Source: an uncultured Acidimicrobiales bacterium | GTDB taxonomy: Bacteria > Actinomycetota > Acidimicrobiia > Acidimicrobiales > RAAP-2 | NCBI GenBank assembly: GCA_963727075.1 | Contig: CAVSET010000003.1 | Location: 55,481 to 119,480, forward strand | Direction of reading: 5' to 3' | DNA: 64,000 bases | Shown here: in pieces, positions 58,730 through 64,000 of the stretch | Position numbering within the stretch: position 1 is the first letter of the stretch | Layout: the number at the start of each line of letters is the position of its first letter | Program-made: the position numbers and the translations under genes | Notes under the pieces: generated by a model | What the model was told of the DNA's origin: nothing | The model's database searches: none | Seen by the model: the letters and a program-made list of their open reading frames with translations, nothing else

Positions 58730-60425
58730 CAGAAGAACTTCCCGTGGCTGAGCTGCTCGACGATCGGGCCGAGGGCGACGGCGGGGAAGAAGGTCAGGCC
58801 ACCGATGATCACGATCACTCCAATGGTGAGTCCGACGAACATGCCGTTGTCGGTGCGGAAGGTGCCGAGCGACTCGGGGACCACGTTCTTGGCGGCGAGA
58901 GAACCCCCGAGGGCGAGGGCCGGGATGATGATGCCGAACCGGCCGATCAGCAAGGCGATGCTTTGCGTGACGTTGTAGAAGGTGGTGTTGCCGGTCAGAC
59001 CCGCCATAGCCGAGCCGTTGTTGTTGCCCGGCGAGGTGAACCCATAGAGGATCTCGCTGAACCCGTGGGGGCCGGCGTTGAGGGGGCCGGCCCGGCCGGC
59101 GTGGATGGACACGGCGATCGCCGTCAGGATGAGCACGGCGATGGGCATGACCAGGGCGCCGAAGCCGGCCAGCTTCACCTCCCTGGCCTGGATCTTCTTC
59201 CCTAGGTACTCGGGCGTTCGCCCGATCATGAGGCCACCGATGAACACGGCGATGATGGCGTAGATGAGAATGGTGTAGAGCCCGCTTCCCACACCGCCAG
59301 GGGTGACCTCGCCCAGCATCATGCCGGTCAGCGGGCCCATACCCCCGATCGGGTTGTAGGAGTCGGTTGCGCTGTCGACAGCACCATCGGAGGTCTGCGT
59401 CATCGAGACGTTGAAGAGGGCGCTGCTCGTGTCACCGAAGCGCACCTCCTTACCCTCGGTGTTGCCCACCGTCGAGTGCACCCCGGCCGCGGCCACCGCA
59501 GGATTCTGCTGGTGCTCGGCATAGCTGGTGAAGCCGACCCAGACACCGAAGATGAGCACCATGGCGGCCAGCAGGGCGACGCCGTGGCGGATGCTCTTCA
59601 CCATCTTCCCGAAGGTGTAGGTGAGCGCGAACGGGATGGACAGGGTGAGCCAGATGTAGAGCAGGTTTGTCAACCCTGTCGGGTTCTCGAGGGGATGGGC
59701 CAAGTCGACGTTGAAGAACCCGCCGCCGTTCGTCCCGAGCTGCATGATGGGGCCCATGAAGCCGGCGGGACCACGGGCGACGGTCTGCGTGACGCCGTTC
59801 AGCGAATCATGGATCGAGACCGGCCCGGCCAGGGTCTGCACTGCCCCCTGACCGACGGCGATGAAGCCGGCGAGGAAGGCCACTGGCAAGAGGATGTAGA
59901 GCATGCACCGGGTGATGTCGACCCAGAAGTTGCCGATCGTGGGAGAGTTCCGGCGAGAGAAACCCCGCACCACAGCGATCGCGACCGCGATCCCGACGGC
60001 CGCACTCACGAACTGCTGCACGGTGAGTACGCCGATCTGCGAGAAGTACGACATGGCCGTCTCGCCGCCGTAATTCTGCCAGTTGGTGTTGGTGACGAAC
60101 GAGGTGGCGGTGTTGAAGCTGAGTGCCTGGCCGACGGCACCGAAATGCTGCGGGTTGAGCGGCAGAGATCCTTGGATCCTCAGCAGCAGATATCCGACGC
60201 CAATGAACACGGCGGAGAAGATCACCATCGAGCCGGCGTAGCGCTTCCAGTTCTGCTCCCGCTCCGGCTCGGGACCGGTCCCGAGCAGCCGGTAGAACGG
60301 GCCGCTCGGCCCAGCGCGAGGAAGTGCACCCGGCCCTCGAAGACCGCGGCCATGTACGAGCCCAGGTACCGCCAGGTCAGGCCCAGGGCGATGACCAGGA
60401 TGATGATGGTCCAGGTGAAGCCCAT
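58729..60425 (-). pseudogene. kdpA: Potassium-transporting ATPase subunit KdpA, one frameshift
   Basis: ORF 60222-60425 (MGFTWTIIILVIALGLTWRYLGSYMAAVFEGRVHFL) and ORF 58729-60228 (...NWQNYGGE...TNGGGFFN...) are both KdpA-like. They join near 60310. Confidence 0.9.
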
Positions 60426-60515
60426 CTAGAACTTCTCGGGCTTGAACATGGCGACGCCCAGATAGATGAACATCACGACGGCGACGCCGAGGAGGATGCC
60501 CTGGGTGACCGTCAT
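60426..60515 (-). CDS. kdpF: Potassium-transporting ATPase subunit KdpF (29 aa)
   Basis: The product is MTVTQGILLGVAVVMFIYLGVAMFKPEKF, with the PEKF end typical of KdpF. Its TAG stop abuts the kdpA ATG. Confidence 0.8.
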   Translation of the reverse strand: MTVTQGILLGVAVVMFIYLGVAMFKPEKF

Positions 60516-60595
60516 ACCCGGTCCAGTGCCCAGATGAGCCCGAGCATCACCAGGGCGAAGCCGACGATGCCGAGCACTGCAAGGAAATCTGCCAT
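60512..60595 (-). CDS. Unannotated 27-codon hydrophobic ORF translationally coupled to kdpF (candidate)
   Basis: The product is MADFLAVLGIVGFALVMLGLIWALDRV followed by a stop. It forms a single TM helix and has mostly G/C third positions. Its TGA overlaps the kdpF ATG (ATGA). It is too short for the ORF track. Confidence 0.4.
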   Translation of the reverse strand: MADFLAVLGIVGFALVMLGLIWALDRV

Positions 60596-60616
60596 GGAAC
60601 GAGTATCCGCCCACTC

Positions 60617-60638
60617 GCTCTTAACAGGCTCTCAATTC
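60617..60638. promoter_or_regulatory. Direct repeat GCTCT(T/C)AA spaced 11 bp apart in the divergent kdp intergenic region (candidate OmpR-family/KdpE site)
   Basis: The plus strand reads gctcttaacag gctctcaattc. It lies between the kdpF-side operon and the kinase gene (ATG 60713). A 7-bp hairpin CGCTCTG...CAGAGCG follows at 60648-60674 around an AT-rich loop. Confidence 0.25.
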
Positions 60639-60712
60639 GGAGCCGGTCGCTCTGAATAAATCCTCAACAGAGCGATGCCCTACGCCCGTCGTCGCCGGTA
60701 TTCCGTACGACA

Positions 60713-62208
60713 ATGGGCTCCGTGCGCAGAACGCTCGTCGGCTCGATCGTCGGGATCGCTCTCTCGGTCGGCCTCGGCATGGCCCTGCTGCCGCTCCGGT
60801 CCCACTCTGAGCATCGCCACCGCCGCGCTGGTGCTCGTGGTGCCCGTCGTCGCCGCCGTCATCCTCGGCGGGTTCCGGGCCGGGGTCGGTGAGCGTCGTC
60901 GCCGGGTTCCTCGTCTACGACTATCGGTTCATCCCGCCCTACGACCGCCTGACGGTGGCCGCATACCCAGGACTGGGTGGCGCTCGCCGTCTACGCGGTG
61001 GTGATGCTGCTGGTGTCGAGGGTCGTGGCCAGCCTCGAGTCCGCCCGGTCCGAGGCGCAGAGCAGGACGGCCGAGGCGCGGCGCCTCTTCGAGCTGTCCG
61101 AGCTTCTGGTGGAGGACCGCTCCGTCGAGGATCTGCTGAGGACCATCGTCGGCGCCGTCAGGACCGTGTTCGAGGTGCCCGGCGTGGCCCTCCTCGTCCC
61201 GCAGGGCGATCGGCTGGAGGTCGCGGCCTCGGCCGGCGAGGCGCTCTCCCGAGACGAGCTCCATGGGCTTCGAGCCCGTGTCCGGAGTGCCCGGTCAGCC
61301 TCGGCACCCGGCCCGGCGGACCCCGGCGAGCTCCGGACCGTGGCGCTGACCGCGTCGGGCCGGCCGGTCGGCATGCTGGCCATGCGGGGCAGGCCGGCCT
61401 CCGAGGCGGACCGGGCCCTGCTCCGCACCTTCGCCAACCACGCCGCCCTGGCCCTGGAGCGGGCCCAGCTCCGGGACCAGGCCCTGCGCTCGGAGCTGCT
61501 GGAGGAGGTGGACCGGCTTGCGGCACGCGCTGGTCGGGGCGGTGTCGCACGACCTGCGCACCCCCCTGGCCACCATGAAGGTGGCGTCCTCGACCTTGCT
61601 GCATCCCGCGCATCCCGCTCTCCGACGCACGACATCGACGAGCTGCACGGCCTGATCGACGTCGAGACCGATCGGCTGACCCGCCTGGTGACCAGCCTGC
61701 TCGACATGACCCGCATCGATGCCGGAGTCCTCGAGGTCCGACGCCGGACCCACCGTCGGTTCTCGACGCTGGCGCCGAGAGGCGGTCGCCGCCCTCCGCG
61801 TCGACGCTGGGCGACCGTCCGATCGTGCGTGCGACGTACCCGACGACTTGCCCGCGGTCGACGTCGACCAGTCTTCTGATCGGCCAGGTACTCGCTAACC
61901 TGCTGGACAATGCCAATCGCCACGCCCCACCGGACAGCCTGATCACGGTGGCCGGCGAGGTGCAGGGCGACCGCATCGCCCTCTCGGTCACCGATGCCGG
62001 GCCCGGCGTGCCTCCGGACGAGCGAGAGGCCGTGTTCGACCGATTCGTGCGCTTCGACACCGGGGGCCGGGCCGGGCTCGGCCTCGACCATCGCCAAGAC
62101 GTTCGTCGAAGCCCACGGCGAGCGCATCTGGGTCGAGGACGACCCGGCGGCGGGGCCCGCTTCGTCTTCACCCTTCCACCGGTGGCCGCGAGCCGGGTCG
62201 GCGGCTAG
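60713..62208 (+). pseudogene. KdpD-type sensor histidine kinase lacking the KdpD_N/Usp part (DUF4118, GAF, HisKA, HATPase), about 10 frameshifts
   Basis: The recognisable pieces, spread over all three frames, are:
- MGSVRRTLVGSIVGIALSVGLGMALLPLRSH
- SIATAALVLVVPVVAAVILGGFRAG
- VSVVAGFLVYDYRFIPPYDRLTV
- WVALAVYAVVMLLVSRVVASLE...GAF-like...
- LRHALVGAVSHDLRTPLATMK (H-box)
- ELHGLIDVETDRLTRLVTSLLDMTRIDAG
- LIGQVLANLLDNANRHAP (N-box)
- GLGL.IAKTFVEAHGERIWVED
- GGARFVFTLP, then the stop. Confidence 0.8.
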
Positions 62209-62215
62209 CGACGCG

Positions 62216-62914
62216 ATGGCGAAGGTCCTGGTCATCGACGACGATCCCTCGCTCCTGCGAGCGCTCCGGCTCGGCCTCCGGGCCGGAGGCCACGACGTGG
62301 TCACCGCGGTCGACGGCGAGCAGGGGATCTCCCAGACCGCGGTCGGCCTCGCCCGGACGTCGTCGTCCTCGACCTCGGCCTTCCCGACATCGACGGGCAG
62401 GCGGTGTGCAGGCGGATCCGCCAGTGGAGCGAGGTGCCGATCATCATCCTGTCGGCCAGCGGCACCGAGGACCGCAAGGTGGCCGCCCTCGACGGCGGGG
62501 CCGACGACTACGTGACGAAGCCGTTCGGCATGGCCGAGCTCGAGGCGCGGATCCGGACCGCCATCCGCCACGGGATCCCGGCGTCCGACCGAGTCCGCCG
62601 CCCGCCACCATCACCGTCGGGACGCTCGAACTCGACCTCGTCCACCACGAGGCCCATCTGGGGGGCGAGCCGGTCGACCTCACGGCAAAGGAGTTCGAGG
62701 TCCTGTCCTTCCTGGCGCGTCACGCCGGAAGGACCTGCACCCACCAGATGATCCTCTCGCGCGGTGTGGGGAACGGGCTACGGACGAGAGGCGCGCTACC
62801 TGCACGCCTACGTTCACCGGCTGCGGCAGAAGCTCGCACGACAGCTCGGGCACGTTGATCCGGACCATGCCCGGCGTCGGCTACAGCCTCAGTCCGGATC
62901 CGGCGGAGGTACGT
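62216..62914 (+). pseudogene. kdpE: OmpR-family response regulator KdpE, about 3 frameshifts
   Basis: MAKVLVIDDDPSLLRALRLGLRAGGHDVVTAVDGEQG is followed by pieces in other frames: PDVVVLDLGLPDIDGQAVCRRIRQWSEVPIIILSASGTEDRKVAALDGGADDYVTKPFGMAELEARIR; ITVGTLELDLVHHEAHLGGEPVDLTAKEFEVLSFLARHAGRTCTHQMIL; YLHAYVHRLRQKL; TMPGVGYSL. The 3' end is approximate, and one frame stays open to 63046. Confidence 0.8.
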
Positions 62915-63157
62915 GAACGGGTGCTCGCCGGCCCGGCTCGGTGGGCCGACCGGACCACGAACGGTCCGGTCGGCCGCCCTTACCCGTTTCGAATCCCACC
63001 CCACCGATCACGTCGGATCGGTCGGCGTCGTCGCGACGGGGCATAGCCTGGGTCACAACGGCGAGACGGTTGCCGATCGGGTGCGGCGACCGATCGCCGA
63101 TGGCAGGGCTGGACGGCACGCAATGGGCCAGCCCTAGGGATCAGGAGGCCATCGACG

Positions 63158-64000
63158 GTGGCACGGGGAAAGCTACGGCTCTATCTCGGCGCGGCGCCCG
63201 GGGTCGGCAAGACCTACGCCATGCTCAACGAGGGTTGGCGCCGGAAGGAACGCGGCACCGACGTGGTGGTCGGCTGGGTGCAGGAGCACGGCCGGCCCCA
63301 GACCGACGCCCAGATCCGCGACCTCGAGGTCTTCCCTCGCCGCAGCGTCGAGTACCGGGGCCAGACCTTCGAGGAGATGGACGTCGACGGGCTGCTCGGC
63401 GCGACGGCCTCAGCTCGTCCTGGTGGACGAGCTGGCTCACACCAACGTGCCCGGGTCGAAGCACCCCAAGCGATGGCAGGACGTGGAGGAGCTCCTCGAT
63501 GCCGGCATCAATGTCATCTCGACCGTCAACCTCCAGCACCTCGAGTCGCTCAACGACGTCGTGCAGCAGATCACCGGGGTCACTCAGCACGAGACGGTGC
63601 CCGATCCGGTGGTGCGGGCCGCCGACCAGATCGAACTGGTCGACATGGCCCCCGAGGCGCTGCGCCGGAGGCTGGCCCACGGCAACATCTACCCCCCGGA
63701 GCGCATCGACGCCGGCCCTGGCCAACTACTTCCGGACCGGCAACCTCACCGCCCTGCGCGAGCTGGCCCTCCTGTGGGTGGCCGACCGGGTGGACGAGGA
63801 GCTCAACGACTACCGGGAGCGCCACAGCATCGCCGGGCCGTGGGAGACCAAGGAGCGGGTGGTGGTCTCGATCACCGGCTCGCGCGGCAGTGCCGTGCTC
63901 ATCCGACGTGCGGCCCGGATGGCCATGCGGACCAAGGCCGAGCTGGTCGGGGTGCACGTCCGCACCGACGACGCCCTGACCGGCGCCGGAGCGCAGGGAC
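63158..64000 (+). pseudogene. kdpD: Second KdpD N-terminal sensor/Usp gene, partial (runs off the right edge), about 2 frameshifts
   Basis: AGGAGG lies 10 nt before GTG 63158. The product starts MARGKLRLYLGAAPGVGKTYAMLNEGWRRKERGTDVVVGWVQEHGR...FEEMDVDGLL. Frames change near 63400 (LVLVDELAHTNVPGSKHPKRWQDVEELLDAGINVISTVNLQHLESLNDVVQQITG...) and near 63715 (ALANYFRTGNLTALRELALLWVADRV...ERVVVSITGS...). Confidence 0.8.

Noticed and set aside
60516-60712. Possible c-di-AMP (ydaO-type) or other riboswitch in the kdp leader
   Set aside because: I could not recognise the conserved ydaO core or any long nested helices by eye. An Rfam/Infernal scan is needed to decide.
60991-62571. 526-aa minus-strand ORF opposite the kdp kinase and kdpE
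   Set aside because: It is an antisense shadow. The plus strand contains H-box, N-box and receiver-domain motifs, although in broken frames.

Overview
High-G+C actinobacterial-type chromosome segment, analysed by hand translation only, so pseudogene ends and frameshift positions are approximate (+/- ~10 nt).

Conserved backbone:
- Left end (1-12.7 kb): mreB(partial)-ndk-folC-clpX-clpP-tig on the minus strand, then a mycothiol/DinB-type enzyme, glutathione peroxidase, a large GAF-GGDEF-EAL sensor, Ppx and an enoyl-CoA hydratase.
- 29.9-39.3 kb: second PAS-GGDEF-EAL protein, MBL hydrolase, DedA, ParA, an 816-aa beta-propeller with six ~40-aa repeats, YdeI, YjbR and an FN3-LPXTG protein. No reading-frame breaks seen here.
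- 39.4-39.8 kb: tRNA-Arg/His/Lys cluster, followed to ~44.9 kb by a lower-G+C patch (broken TIGR02391 gene, repeat-protein remnant, secreted IPT/TIG protein, lipoprotein).
- 44.9-54.6 kb: housekeeping and metabolic genes (aldose epimerase, surE, hydrolases, nitrilase, arfB, FAH, SDR, OsmC, DUF4118).
- 54.7-64 kb: a kdp locus. kdpF-A-B-C plus a stand-alone KdpD_N/Usp gene lie on the minus strand. A sensor-less KdpD-type histidine kinase, kdpE and a second KdpD_N/Usp gene lie on the plus strand.

Accessory region (12.9-29.9 kb): visibly lower G+C, built around tRNA-Pro(UGG) at 27743-27819.
- A perfect 39-nt copy of the tRNA 5' half at 16359-16397 and a broken tyrosine integrase next to the tRNA delimit an ~11.4-kb integrative island.
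- Two further decayed copies of the same ~175-bp junction module (12862-13040 and ~16127-16209) indicate serial integrations.
- Island cargo is defence-like: a heavily broken type IIG restriction-modification gene, a DpnI-like methyl-directed nuclease with the catalytic domain only, an uncharacterised P-loop GTPase, a SHOCT protein and a primase-zinc-finger/HTH module.

Overall peculiarity: many single-nt reading-frame breaks with a very uneven distribution. None were seen in about 11 kb of core, there is one each in several housekeeping genes, and there are roughly two dozen each in the island and in the kdp locus. This could be sequencing error, real decay, or both, and cannot be resolved from the sequence alone.
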